Assembly (NCBI RefSeq): GCF_000620165.1
Contig: NZ_JHVN01000016.1
Location: 15,024-39,023, forward strand
Direction: 5' to 3'
DNA length: 24,000 nucleotides
Origin: Anoxybacillus tepidamans PS2
GTDB lineage: Bacteria; Bacillota; Bacilli; Bacillales; Anoxybacillaceae
Part shown: positions 10,995 to 23,026 of the stretch, one piece after another
How positions within the stretch are numbered: the stretch's first letter is position 1
Layout: each line of letters begins with the position of its first letter
Position numbers and translations under genes: made by a program
Notes under the pieces: model-generated
What the model saw: only the letters and a program-made list of their open reading frames with translations
Database searches by the model: none
What the model was told of the DNA's origin: nothing

Positions 10995-12179
10995 ATGAAC
11001 AAAAAAACCGTCCGTGACATCGATGTGAAAGGAAAACGGGTCTTTTGCCGCGTCGATTTTAACGTGCCGATGCAAGATGGCAAAGTGACAGACGACACGC
11101 GTATTCGCGCTGCTTTGCCGACGATTCAATATTTGTCGGAGCAAGGAGCGAAAGTGATTTTAGCGAGCCATCTTGGCCGTCCAAAGGGAAAAGTCGTCGA
11201 AGAAATGCGTTTAAATGCCGTAGCAGAGCGTTTAAGCGAACTTCTAGGTAAAAAAGTCATCAAAACAGACGAAGCATATGGTGATGCGGTAAAAGCGGCA
11301 ATTAATGAAATGAATGAAGGCGATGTATTGCTGCTTGAAAATGTGCGCTTCTATCCAGGAGAAGAAAAAAATGATCCTGAGTTAGCGAAGGCGTTTGCCG
11401 AGTTGGCAGACATATATGTCAACGATGCATTTGGAGCAGCTCACCGCGCTCATGCATCAACGGAAGGAATCGCACACTACTTGCCAGCAGTGGCGGGCTT
11501 TTTAATGGAAAAAGAAATTGAGGTGTTAGGAAAAGCTCTTTCCAACCCAGACCGTCCATTCACGGCGATTATTGGCGGAGCGAAAGTGAAGGACAAAATT
11601 GGCGTGATTGACAACTTGCTTGAGAAGGTGGACAACCTTATTATCGGCGGCGGCCTTGCTTACACGTTTGTGAAAGCGTTAGGTCACGAAATCGGCCAAT
11701 CGTTGCTTGAAGAAGACAAGATTGAGCTAGCCAAATCGTTTATGGAAAAAGCGAAAGAAAAAGGCGTGAACTTCTATATGCCGGTTGATGCGGTAGTAGC
11801 GGACGCTTTTTCCAGCGATGCCAACACAAAAATTGTCAATATTGACGAAATTCCAAGCGATTGGCAAGGTCTTGATATCGGTCCAAAAACGCGCGAATTG
11901 TACCGCGATGTGATTTTAAAATCAAAGCTTGTCATTTGGAACGGACCGATGGGTGTATTTGAGATGGATGCGTTTGCGGAAGGAACAAAAGCGGTGGCTC
12001 AAGCGCTAGCTGATGCGAAAGATACATATACAGTCATCGGTGGCGGTGATTCGGCAGCGGCTGTTGAGAAATTTGGGTTAGCAGAACACATGGACCATAT
12101 CTCAACGGGCGGTGGAGCGTCGCTTGAATTTATGGAAGGCAAACAGCTTCCAGGCGTTGTTGCTTTGAATGATAAATAA
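10995..12179 (+). CDS. pgk: Phosphoglycerate kinase
   Basis: [26 protein letters not shown]... gives 394 aa. RBS AAAGGAGG at 10977-10984. The ORF-track start at 10917 is an in-frame upstream extension with no support. Confidence 0.97.
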   Translation: MNKKTVRDIDVKGKRVFCRVDFNVPMQDGKVTDDTRIRAALPTIQYLSEQGAKVILASHLGRPKGKVVEEMRLNAVAERLSELLGKKVIKTDEAYGDAVKAAINEMNEGDVLLLENVRFYPGEEKNDPELAKAFAELADIYVNDAFGAAHRAHASTEGIAHYLPAVAGFLMEKEIEVLGKALSNPDRPFTAIIGGAKVKDKIGVIDNLLEKVDNLIIGGGLAYTFVKALGHEIGQSLLEEDKIELAKSFMEKAKEKGVNFYMPVDAVVADAFSSDANTKIVNIDEIPSDWQGLDIGPKTRELYRDVILKSKLVIWNGPMGVFEMDAFAEGTKAVAQALADAKDTYTVIGGGDSAAAVEKFGLAEHMDHISTGGGASLEFMEGKQLPGVVALNDK

Positions 12180-15799
<3,620 letters not shown>

Positions 15800-15814
15800 T
15801 GATGATCGTCAAAA

Positions 15815-15847
15815 AGACCTAACCGATCAAGTCGGTTAGGTCTTTTT
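15815..15847 (+). terminator. Intrinsic terminator of the glycolytic operon
   Basis: AGACCTAACCGA (15815-15826) pairs with TCGGTTAGGTCT (15832-15843), followed by TTTTT. Confidence 0.9.
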
Positions 15848-15875
15848 ATTGAAGATAAGGGAGTCTTTCCTAATA

Positions 15876-16012
15876 CTGATTGCCGGCATATAATGAGAAT
15901 AGGCAGCGTGAAAACACAGTCCCGGTTGGTAGTCCGGGCGCACCGGCACAGGTGTCAGTAACCTTCCCCTCCTTGGGATGTCCATCGCTGTCAGCAATTT
16001 TTAAAGGAGGGA
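15876..16012 (+). promoter_or_regulatory. Structured 5' leader of yjdF: candidate yjdF-class riboswitch with an SD-sequestering helix
   Basis: A ~140-nt leader precedes a DUF2992/YjdF homolog, which is the classic genomic context of the yjdF RNA motif. It contains the hairpin CCCGG-ttggtagt-CCGGG (15921-15938) and a TGCCGG (15881-86) / CCGGCA (15943-48) pairing. CCCTCCTT (15967-15974) is perfectly complementary to the RBS AAGGAGGG (16004-16011). Confidence 0.5.
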
Positions 16013-16018
16013 CCTTTC

Positions 16019-16429
16019 ATGAAACTGACCGTTTTTTACGATGGGCAATTCTGGATTGGAGTTGTAGAGCAGAGGGAAAAAGAAGAATTGAGAGCGGTGC
16101 GTTACGTATTTGGCTCTGAACCGAAGCTTGAGGAAGTTCTAACGTTTGTCAACGGTCCAATGCTATCATTGCTAGAAAAATCCCGAGCAACAACGTTGGT
16201 GCCGCATGCGGAGCAAAAGACGAAAAACCCGAAGCGATTGCAGCGCGAGGCGGCAAAGGAAATGAAACAACGACCGCTTTCAACTTATGCGCAAACAGCA
16301 ATCCAACTGGAATTAGAACATCGTAAAAAGGAAAGAAAGGTGTTGCGTAAAGAACAGCGCGAAGCTCTTATGCAGCGCAAATGGGAATTAAAGCGCTTAA
16401 AAGCAAAAGCGAGACATCGTGGAAGGTAA
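16019..16429 (+). CDS. yjdF: YjdF-family protein (DUF2992), function unknown
   Basis: MKLTVFYDGQFWIGVVEQ... at the N-terminus and a highly basic C-terminal half (KNPKRLQREAAKE...RKKERK...KAKARHRGR) match my recollection of B. subtilis YjdF-like proteins. The RBS is 7 nt upstream. Confidence 0.75.
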   Translation: MKLTVFYDGQFWIGVVEQREKEELRAVRYVFGSEPKLEEVLTFVNGPMLSLLEKSRATTLVPHAEQKTKNPKRLQREAAKEMKQRPLSTYAQTAIQLELEHRKKERKVLRKEQREALMQRKWELKRLKAKARHRGR

Positions 16430-16787
16430 TATGTAGGGAGGCGACCCAAAGTTGTTTGAGGGTTGTTTCCTTATTTTGTATGTAAAAATGTTCTTAACAA
16501 CACGACATTGATAAGATTGTGTGTATTTCTATAATCCATATACAATCCAACACTTCCGGGCAATTTTTATATGTCGATCCATTTCTCTTCTTTATCGTTG
16601 TGAAGACGCACGGTTTTGTGGGAACAAAAGTTGCAGCCTCTTTGCCTTTACTTTCTTATCTTCGTAGAAATTAGTCTGCTGTGATGCAACCATTTGTTTC
16701 AATGCGACAAATACCTTTTTTCTGCATCGGTATTCGGGCTAGAGACATGCTGAGGCGGGCAGTCATGCGTTTTCTTAACTGTTGGCA

Positions 16788-16817
16788 TTGTACAAATTTG
16801 CTTATATATGCTAAAAT
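16788..16817 (+). promoter_or_regulatory. Candidate SigA promoter of secG
   Basis: TTGTAC (16788-16793), an 18-nt spacer, then TGcTAAAAT (extended -10, 16809-16817). Confidence 0.5.
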
Positions 16818-16854
16818 AAAAGCATTGTGACGTGCGTTGTTGGAGGTGTCAGAC

Positions 16855-17088
16855 GTGCATGCGTTTCTTGTGACATTGTTAGTCATTGTTTCGATCGGCA
16901 TGATTGTCGTGGTGTTATTGCAATCGGGCCGAAGCGCCGGCTTATCGGGCGCAATTACAGGCGGCGCCGAGCAGTTATTCGGCAAGCAAAAAGCTCGTGG
17001 ACTAGACGCGGTATTGCACCGCATTACGGTCGTTTTAGCTGTTTTATTTTTTGTTTTAGCCATTGCCGTAACGTATTTTCAACTGTAA
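16855..17088 (+). CDS. secG: Preprotein translocase subunit SecG
   Basis: The start is GTG, 6 nt after GGAGGTG (16842-16848). [51 protein letters not shown]... is near-colinear with B. subtilis SecG; 77 aa. Confidence 0.93.
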   Translation: MHAFLVTLLVIVSIGMIVVVLLQSGRSAGLSGAITGGAEQLFGKQKARGLDAVLHRITVVLAVLFFVLAIAVTYFQL

Positions 17089-17102
17089 ACTTGGAAAAAG
17101 GG

Positions 17103-17133
17103 GGCGGTCCATTGAAAGGGGACTGCCTTTTCT
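17103..17133 (+). terminator. Probable terminator after secG
   Basis: GGCGGTCC (17103-17110) pairs with GGACTGCC (17120-17127) with one G-T wobble, followed by ttttct. Confidence 0.55.
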
Positions 17134-17160
17134 GTTGGGAAAAAAAGAAAGGGGATATAT

Positions 17161-17904
17161 ATGATGAAAATTGTTTCACCAAAACCGTTCACATTTGAAG
17201 CAGGGGAGCGGGCTGTGTTATTGCTTCACGGATTTACTGGGAACTCCTCAGATGTCAGAATGTTAGGCCGTTTTCTTGAATCAAAAGGATACACGTGCCA
17301 TGCACCCATTTATAAAGGACACGGCGTGCCACCGGAAGAGCTTGTTCATACCGGGCCAGAAGACTGGTGGCAGGATGTAATGAACGCTTACGAATTTTTA
17401 AAACAAAAGGGCTATGAAAAAATTGCGGTTGTCGGGTTGTCGCTTGGAGGCGTATTTTCCTTAAAATTAGGTTACACTGTACCTGTAGTCGGCATCGTTC
17501 CAATGTGCGCGCCGATGTATATTAAAAGCGAAGAGACGATGTACGAAGGCGTATTAGACTATGCGCGGGAATATAAAAAGCGGGAAGGAAAAACGCAGGA
17601 GCAAATCGAAAAAGAAATGGAAGAGTTTCGGAAAACGCCAATGAAAACGTTGAAAGCATTGCAGCAATTAATTGCCGATGTGCGCGACCATATTGATCTA
17701 ATTTATGCGCCAACATTTGTCGTTCAAGCGCGACATGATGACATGATTAATACCGATAGTGCAAATATTATTTATAACGGCGTCGAATCTCCGGTCAAAA
17801 AAATCAAATGGTATGAAGAATCCGGCCATGTGATCACGCTCGACAAAGAAAAGGATCAGCTGCATGAGGACATTTATGAGTTTTTAGAATCATTGGATTG
17901 GTAA
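17161..17904 (+). CDS. est: Carboxylesterase (Est30/YvaK family, alpha/beta hydrolase)
   Basis: [10 protein letters not shown], the nucleophile elbow GLSLGG, and the C-terminal HVITLD...FLESLDW. It appears very similar along its full length to the G. stearothermophilus Est30 sequence as I remember it. Confidence 0.93.
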   Translation: MMKIVSPKPFTFEAGERAVLLLHGFTGNSSDVRMLGRFLESKGYTCHAPIYKGHGVPPEELVHTGPEDWWQDVMNAYEFLKQKGYEKIAVVGLSLGGVFSLKLGYTVPVVGIVPMCAPMYIKSEETMYEGVLDYAREYKKREGKTQEQIEKEMEEFRKTPMKTLKALQQLIADVRDHIDLIYAPTFVVQARHDDMINTDSANIIYNGVESPVKKIKWYEESGHVITLDKEKDQLHEDIYEFLESLDW

Positions 17905-17922
17905 TCCTCGAAAGGAGGAAGG

Positions 17923-20217
17923 ATGATGGAACAATTAAGAGAACGGCTGCTTGTGTTTATGCGCGATGAGGCGTATAAACCGCTGACCGTTCAGGAGCTG
18001 GAAGCGGCGTTTGAAATTACGGACGCTGCCGATTTTAAAGAGCTTGTGAAAGCGCTTGTCGCATTGGAAGAAGACGGTCTTGTTGTACGCACAAGAAGCA
18101 ACCGGTATGGTGTGCCGGAAAAAATGAATTTAATTCGCGGCAAAGTCACTGGGCATTCCAAAGGCTTTGCGTTTGTCGTCCCGGAAGATCCGACGCTTGA
18201 TGATATTTTTATTCCGCCTTCCGAACTGAAAAACGCCATGCATGGGGACACGGTGCTTGTTCGCGTGAGCTCGCAAGCATCGGGAGCGCGGAAGGAAGGA
18301 ACGATTGTCCGGATTATCGAACGCGGCGTCACCGAAATCGTCGGAACGTATACAGAAAGCAAAAATTTTGGCTTTGTCATTCCGGATGACAAAAAAATTG
18401 TCAATGATATTTTTATTCCGAAGCATGCGGCCAACGGCGCGGTAGAAGGCCATAAGGTCGTCGTTCGTCTGACGACATACCCTGAAGGAAGAATCAGCGC
18501 CGAGGGTGAAGTCATTAAAATTTTAGGGCATAAAAACGATCCAGGCGTCGATATTTTATCGATTATTCATAAGCATCGCCTGCCGCTGCAGTTTCCGGAA
18601 GATGTGATCGCCCATGCGAACAGCGTTCCCGATACGATTTCGGAAGAAGATTTGAAAGGCCGACGCGACTTGCGCAATGAAATGATTGTGACGATCGACG
18701 GAGCCGACGCGAAAGACTTGGACGATGCGGTCACGGTGACGAAACTCGCCAACGGCCATTACAAATTGGGCGTACATATCGCCGATGTCAGCCATTACGT
18801 GACAGAAGGCTCGCCGATTGACCGTGAAGCATACGAGCGCGGTACGAGCGTCTATCTGGTCGACCGCGTCATTCCAATGATTCCGCACCGCCTGTCCAAC
18901 GGCATTTGCTCGCTCAATCCGAAAGTCGACCGTCTGACGCTATCGTGTGAAATGGAAATTGACGAGCGCGGCAACATCGTCAGCCACGAAATTTTCCAAA
19001 GCGTCATTCGCACAACGGAACGTATGACATATTCAGACGTAAATAAAATTCTCGTCGACAAGGATGAAGAGCTGCGCCAAAAATACGAGCCGCTTGTGCC
19101 GATGTTCGAGCTCATGGCGGAGTTGGCTGACATTTTACGCAATAAGCGAATGCAGCGCGGCGCGATCGATTTTGATTTTAAAGAAGCGAAAGTGCTTGTT
19201 GACGATGACGGAAAGCCGTACGATGTCATTTTGCGCGAGCGGTCCGTTGCGGAACGCTTGATTGAAGAGTTTATGCTTGCTGCTAACGAAACGGTGGCTG
19301 AGCATTTCCATTGGATGAACGTGCCGTTTATGTACCGCGTCCATGAAGACCCGAAGCCGGAAAAATTACAGCGCTTTCTTGAATTTATTACGAATTTCGG
19401 CTATGTCGTCAAAGGGACCGGCAACCAAATTCATCCGCGTGCGCTGCAAGAAATTTTAGAAGCGGTGCGCGGCGAACCGGAAGAGATGGTCGTATCGACG
19501 GTGATGCTTCGCTCGATGAAGCAAGCCCGCTACGATGCGGAAAGCTTAGGCCACTATGGGCTGTCCACCGAATTTTATACGCATTTCACATCGCCGATTC
19601 GCCGCTATCCGGATTTAATTGTTCACCGCCTGATTCGCACGTATTTAATTAATGGAAAGATAGATAATCAAACCCAGCAAAAATGGGCGGAACAACTGCC
19701 GGACATCGCCGAGCATGCTTCCAACATGGAGCGGCGTGCGGTTGAAGCCGAACGCGAAACAGATGACTTAAAGAAAACCGAGTTTATGGAAGACAAAATC
19801 GGCATGGAGTTCGATGGCATCATCAGCTCCGTCACGAACTTCGGCTTGTTCGTGGAACTGCCAAACACGATCGAAGGATTGGTGCACGTCAGCTATTTAA
19901 CGGATGACTATTACCGTTATGACGAACACCACTATGCAATGATCGGCGAACGAACGGGGAAAGTGTATCGCATTGGCGATGAAATCACGGTGCGCGTGAT
20001 TAACGTCAACAAAGAAGAGCGCATCGTCGATTTTGAAATCGTCGGCATGAAAGGGCGCCGCCGCACGGAAGCGAAAGCCGCCCCGGTTGTTATTAAGGGG
20101 AAAAAAGAGGACCGAAAAAGAAAACGAGAAGACGAGTGGTCGACGAAAAAGCCGAAAAAGAAAAAGTTTTATGAGGACGCGCCAAAGGCGAAAAAGAAGA
20201 AAAAGAAAAAACGTTAA
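17923..20217 (+). CDS. rnr: Ribonuclease R
   Basis: RNB domain motifs ([12 protein letters not shown], the [15 protein letters not shown] region, [11 protein letters not shown]), a C-terminal S1 domain ([15 protein letters not shown]) and a Lys-rich tail. ATG 17926 is an equally plausible start. Confidence 0.96.
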   Translation: MMEQLRERLLVFMRDEAYKPLTVQELEAAFEITDAADFKELVKALVALEEDGLVVRTRSNRYGVPEKMNLIRGKVTGHSKGFAFVVPEDPTLDDIFIPPSELKNAMHGDTVLVRVSSQASGARKEGTIVRIIERGVTEIVGTYTESKNFGFVIPDDKKIVNDIFIPKHAANGAVEGHKVVVRLTTYPEGRISAEGEVIKILGHKNDPGVDILSIIHKHRLPLQFPEDVIAHANSVPDTISEEDLKGRRDLRNEMIVTIDGADAKDLDDAVTVTKLANGHYKLGVHIADVSHYVTEGSPIDREAYERGTSVYLVDRVIPMIPHRLSNGICSLNPKVDRLTLSCEMEIDERGNIVSHEIFQSVIRTTERMTYSDVNKILVDKDEELRQKYEPLVPMFELMAELADILRNKRMQRGAIDFDFKEAKVLVDDDGKPYDVILRERSVAERLIEEFMLAANETVAEHFHWMNVPFMYRVHEDPKPEKLQRFLEFITNFGYVVKGTGNQIHPRALQEILEAVRGEPEEMVVSTVMLRSMKQARYDAESLGHYGLSTEFYTHFTSPIRRYPDLIVHRLIRTYLINGKIDNQTQQKWAEQLPDIAEHASNMERRAVEAERETDDLKKTEFMEDKIGMEFDGIISSVTNFGLFVELPNTIEGLVHVSYLTDDYYRYDEHHYAMIGERTGKVYRIGDEITVRVINVNKEERIVDFEIVGMKGRRRTEAKAAPVVIKGKKEDRKRKREDEWSTKKPKKKKFYEDAPKAKKKKKKKR

Positions 20218-20220
20218 CGA

Positions 20221-20270
20221 AAGGAAAGCCTCTTTTCAAAATGAGAGGCTTTTCCTTCCTTCTTTTTTTT
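20221..20270 (+). terminator. Intrinsic terminator after rnr
   Basis: AAGGAAAGCCTCT (20221-20233) pairs with AGAGGCTTTTCCTT (20244-20257) with one bulge, followed by the T8 run at 20263-20270. Confidence 0.8.
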
Positions 20271-20311
20271 GATACAATCATATTTGTCTTTAAAAGGGGA
20301 GGAAGAGCGCA

Positions 20312-20779
20312 ATGCCAAAAGGTGAAGGAAAACTCATTGCTCAAAATAAAAAAGCGCATCACGATTATTTTATTGAAGAAACGTATGAAGCCGGCCTCGT
20401 TCTGCAAGGAACGGAAATCAAGTCGATTCGCGCCGGAAAGGTAAATTTAAAAGACTCGTTTGCGAAAGTGGAAAAGGGCGAAGTGTTCATCCATAACATG
20501 CATATTAGCCCGTACGAGCAAGGAAACCGCTACAACCACGATCCATTGCGCACAAGAAAGCTTCTTCTTCACCGCCGTGAAATTAACAAGCTGATTGGCT
20601 ATATTAAAGAAGAAGGCTACACGCTTGTTCCTTTGAAATTGTACATTAAAGACGGATTTGCGAAGCTGTTGCTTGGCGTCGGCAAAGGAAAGAAGAAATA
20701 TGACAAGCGCGAAGATATGAAAAAGAAAGAAGCAAAGCGGGAAATCGAGCGCGCTTTCCGCGAACGTCAAAAGATGTAA
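20312..20779 (+). CDS. smpB: SsrA-binding protein SmpB
   Basis: [30 protein letters not shown]... and the basic C-terminal tail. RBS AAAAGGGGAGG lies upstream. Confidence 0.97.
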   Translation: MPKGEGKLIAQNKKAHHDYFIEETYEAGLVLQGTEIKSIRAGKVNLKDSFAKVEKGEVFIHNMHISPYEQGNRYNHDPLRTRKLLLHRREINKLIGYIKEEGYTLVPLKLYIKDGFAKLLLGVGKGKKKYDKREDMKKKEAKREIERAFRERQKM

Positions 20780-20797
20780 CAACACAAAAATTTACAA

Positions 20798-20825
20798 TTG
20801 AAAACGCAATTACGTATGCTATAAT
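20798..20825 (+). promoter_or_regulatory. Candidate SigA promoter of ssrA
   Basis: TTGAAA (20798-20803), a 16-nt spacer, then TGcTATAAT (extended -10, TATAAT at 20820-20825). It lies about 60 nt upstream of the mature tmRNA 5' end. Confidence 0.6.
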
Positions 20826-20888
20826 AATAAGTGTCATTGCCAGTTCATCATGCTTAAGCTCTTTCGTACATCGTTCTTGTTTTCATAC

Positions 20889-21242
20889 GGGGACGTTACG
20901 GATTCGACAGGGATAGATCGAGCTTAAGCTGCGAGCCGAGGGGATCGTCCTCGTAAAAACGTCACCTAAATATAACTGGCAAAGAAAACTACGCTTTAGC
21001 TGCTTAATAATTGCGGCTAGCTCCTCCCGCCATCGCCCATGTGGTCGGGTCAGGGGTTCATAACGAGTGGGATACGCCCAAGTCCGCCGTCTGAGGACGC
21101 GGGAAGAGACCAATCAGACTAGCTGCTTGGAGGCCTGTCGGTAGGCGGAAGATGCAGCGAAGCTCAAATATACCGACTACGCTCGTAGACGCTTAAGTGG
21201 CGATATCTTTGGACGTGGGTTCGACTCCCACCGTCTCCACCA
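20889..21242 (+). ncRNA. ssrA: tmRNA (SsrA), 354 nt
   Basis: The 5' GGGGACGTTACGGATTCGACAGG pairs with the 3' tRNA-like end GGACGTGGGTTCGACTCCCACCGTCTCCACCA. The internal tag reading frame ggc aaa gaa aac tac gct tta gct gct taa taa (20978-21010) encodes GKENYALAA followed by two stop codons. The gene lies directly after smpB. Confidence 0.97.
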
Positions 21243-21280
21243 TACATAAGTAAGACGGTAAAAAGCATAAATGATGACGT

Positions 21281-21324
21281 AAAGCATAAAATTTCCGTTT
21301 GGAAACTTTATGCTTTATTTTTTT
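21281..21324 (+). terminator. Intrinsic terminator after ssrA
   Basis: AAAGCATAAAATTTCC (21281-21296) pairs with GGAAACTTTATGCTTT (21301-21316) with one mismatch, followed by aTTTTTTT. Confidence 0.85.
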
Positions 21325-21424
21325 AGAAAATTTTATGTGGGGAATAAAAGGAGAAATTATTTGCTAAATTAGGTCTGTAAAACTTCTCTCTTACCTTCAA
21401 ATAAAAGGTTTTATGGTTGGTTGT

Positions 21425-21770
21425 GAACTACTCACCACTTAGCTAAAGCTTGAAGTGGGAGCTTCTCAGTTCCACGACGAAAGCCGCCTTTCGTCTCCCT
21501 GAGCGTGACTTCGGGTCGTTCCAACCCTAGATGTCCGACAATTCGGAGTTCTTTTGTACCTTGGATATTTTACGCCTGGAAGGATCAGCTTGGTTTTCGC
21601 ATTTTATTTTCTCCATGCAACCTCCTATATCCAGTTATGAAAGAACGGCATAGGTTTATTTTACCACAGGGTCGAACAATTGAACAGGCAAAAGCCTGTC
21701 CTTGTCCGAAGTGGATTCATCTCCCACTTTCATCAAGCTTCGCAAGATTTAGAAGTGGGAGACTTCTTGA
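21425..21770 (-). mobile_element. About 350-bp hairpin-bounded element, possibly a non-autonomous IS200/IS605-type (tnpB-deleted) remnant
   Basis: Two related subterminal hairpins bound the element. On the minus strand, agaagtCTCCCACTT...AAGTGGGAGatgaatcc corresponds to + 21720-21762, and gagaagCTCCCACTT...AAGTGGtGAG corresponds to + 21431-21461. Between them lie an RBS+ATG stub, a short frame resembling a TnpB C-terminal tail, and a perfect hairpin GACGAAAG-gcgg-CTTTCGTC (minus strand, + 21475-21494). Confidence 0.4.
21466..21603 (-). pseudogene. Possible 3'-terminal remnant of an IS605-family tnpB (orfB)
   Basis: The minus-strand frame reads NAKTKLILPGVKYPRYKRTPNCRTSRVGTTRSHAQGDERRLSSWN*. 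This is reminiscent of the NAA(K)NIL ... GT.G...A.G(D/E) C-terminal tail I recall for TnpB proteins. A stop lies immediately upstream and the frame has no start, so it is a fragment at best. The similarity is from memory and unverified. Confidence 0.3.
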
Positions 21771-21837
21771 CTGAAGAATGTTAAAAAATGTAAAATGAAA
21801 CTAATTTTTTCGATAGAAAGGGCAATATGACCCGTAT

Positions 21838-21900
21838 AAGCAATGAGCCTTCCTACCTACACTCCGTTGAGAGGTGGGAGCCTTCGCGTTAAATAAGTTA
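21838..21900 (-). repeat. Hairpin repeat copy C (inverted relative to copies A and B)
   Basis: The minus strand reads ttaacgcgaaggCTCCCACCTctcaacggagtgtAGGTAGGaaggctca, which aligns with copy B (ctcccacctctNaacggagtgtaggtNgg). On the + strand the stem is CCTACCT (21852-58) with AGGTGGG (21872-78). Confidence 0.75.
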
Positions 21901-22238
21901 ACATTGTTATAAGGAAAATGTGATTTTCAATAACATTAATGTCAGGTTCTAAAAGACACCAATTAGTCAATGTATATTTTGTCAAATTCCCACTCACCAT
22001 TTTGTTATATTTCCTCTACATCAATCCTTTAGTTAAGTACAGTTGTTTACACAAATAGAGTTTCTTCCGACAAACCATATTTGCTGGTGTATCCCAATGT
22101 AAAAAGCAGATTCTTGAATTTAGCTAGTACAGCATCCACGAAATACGATCATTCGAGAATACAATAATGTGATTAAAAAATGGTATATGAGGATCAATTC
22201 TTTACCGAATAAGACAATGCAATATGTCAAAAATAAAA

Positions 22239-22287
22239 TTGACAGGACACCAATTGGTGTCATATAATAAAGACACCAATTGGTGTC
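22239..22287 (+). promoter_or_regulatory. Promoter of the ArsR/SRPBCC operon with two identical 16-bp palindromic operators
   Basis: TTGACA (22239-44), an 18-nt spacer, then TATAAT (22263-68). The perfect palindrome GACACCAATTGGTGTC occupies the spacer (22246-22261), and an identical copy sits at 22272-22287 over the expected transcription start. The centres are 26 bp apart. Confidence 0.8.
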
Positions 22288-22309
22288 CTATTTATAAGGA
22301 GGGGGGATT

Positions 22310-22633
22310 TTGAAAGAGAAAAATCAAGTGCGAGATGTTTATGTAGCCATTGCTGATCCAACAAGACGTAAATTGCTACGTTTGTTGGCAGATGCGGAAG
22401 AGTTACCTCTTTATGAATTAACCGCTCAATTTCAAATGGGTCGTACTGCGGTTTCTAAACATTTGGCTATCCTTAAAGAGGCTGGTCTAGTTGCTGATCG
22501 TAAAGTTGGTAGGGAAACAAGGTATCGACTAAATGCAGCTCCCCTACAGGAAATTAAAGATTGGGTATCCTTTTACGAGAAATTTTGGAATGAAAAAGTG
22601 GCCGTTTTAAAAAATTTATTATCGGAGGAATAA
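22310..22633 (+). CDS. ArsR/SmtB-family winged-helix transcriptional regulator
   Basis: IADPTRRKLLRLLADAEELPLYELTAQFQMGRTAVSKHLAILKEAGLVADRKVGRETRYRL is a canonical ArsR HTH. No obvious metal-binding Cys motif is present. The start is TTG, 7 nt after AAGGAGG. Confidence 0.88.
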   Translation: MKEKNQVRDVYVAIADPTRRKLLRLLADAEELPLYELTAQFQMGRTAVSKHLAILKEAGLVADRKVGRETRYRLNAAPLQEIKDWVSFYEKFWNEKVAVLKNLLSEE

Positions 22634-22636
22634 ATA

Positions 22637-23026
22637 ATGGCAGATGTATCATTAGATTTTCAGTTTACAAGTTCAATCGATAAGGTGTGGAACGCATTAA
22701 CAGATTCGAATATCCTTGCAAAATGGATAATGGAAAATAACTTTAAACCAATCGTAGGGCATAAATGTCAATTCCGAAATGAGCAGTGGAACTTAGTTGT
22801 AGATTGTGAAGTATTAGTAGTAGACGAGCCTTATAAGTTATCTTACACGTGGGTAGGCGGTCCGATAAAGACTATAGTTACATGGACGTTGAAGGAAGAG
22901 AATGGAATAACCTATTTACACCTTGAACAAACGGGATTCGAAAAAGAAGATCAAGCGTTCAATGGTGCGAAATATGGTTGGGCGAAAATGGGAGAGGAAC
23001 TTAAAAAAGTGTTAGCGGAAATGTAA
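22637..23026 (+). CDS. SRPBCC / AHSA1 (Aha1-like) domain protein
   Basis: 129 aa. The pattern FTSSIDKVWNALTDSNILAKWIM...CEVLVVDEPYKLSYTWVGG...TLKEENGITYLHLEQTGF is typical of the small SRPBCC proteins that commonly follow ArsR regulators. The RBS GGAGGAA overlaps the arsR-like stop. Confidence 0.75.
   Translation: MADVSLDFQFTSSIDKVWNALTDSNILAKWIMENNFKPIVGHKCQFRNEQWNLVVDCEVLVVDEPYKLSYTWVGGPIKTIVTWTLKEENGITYLHLEQTGFEKEDQAFNGAKYGWAKMGEELKKVLAEM

Noticed and set aside
15880-16119. A 79-aa ORF overlapping the yjdF leader and start.
   Set aside because: It has no RBS, runs out of frame through the yjdF start, and its Pro/Gly/Ser-rich translation is typical of a structured RNA region.
16671-17198. 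A 130-aa minus-strand ORF (16671-17063) and a 123-aa plus-strand ORF (16827-17198) around secG.
   Set aside because: Both overlap the well-conserved secG frame. Neither has an RBS, and both translations are Cys/Arg-rich nonsense.
20040-20217. The highly repetitive A/G-rich stretch at the end of rnr.
   Set aside because: It encodes the Lys-rich basic C-terminal tail common in RNase R proteins. It is not a separate repeat element.
20087-20444. Three small ORFs across the rnr tail, its terminator and the smpB start: 20087-20272(+), 20241-20444(+) and 20093-20407(-).
   Set aside because: They are generated by the A/G-rich lysine-tail coding region and the terminator. They have no RBS and overlap rnr and smpB.
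21505-21774. An 89-aa + strand ORF inside the hairpin-bounded element.
   Set aside because: It has no RBS, starts at a non-ATG codon and spans the element's hairpins. The only protein-like signal in this region is on the opposite strand.
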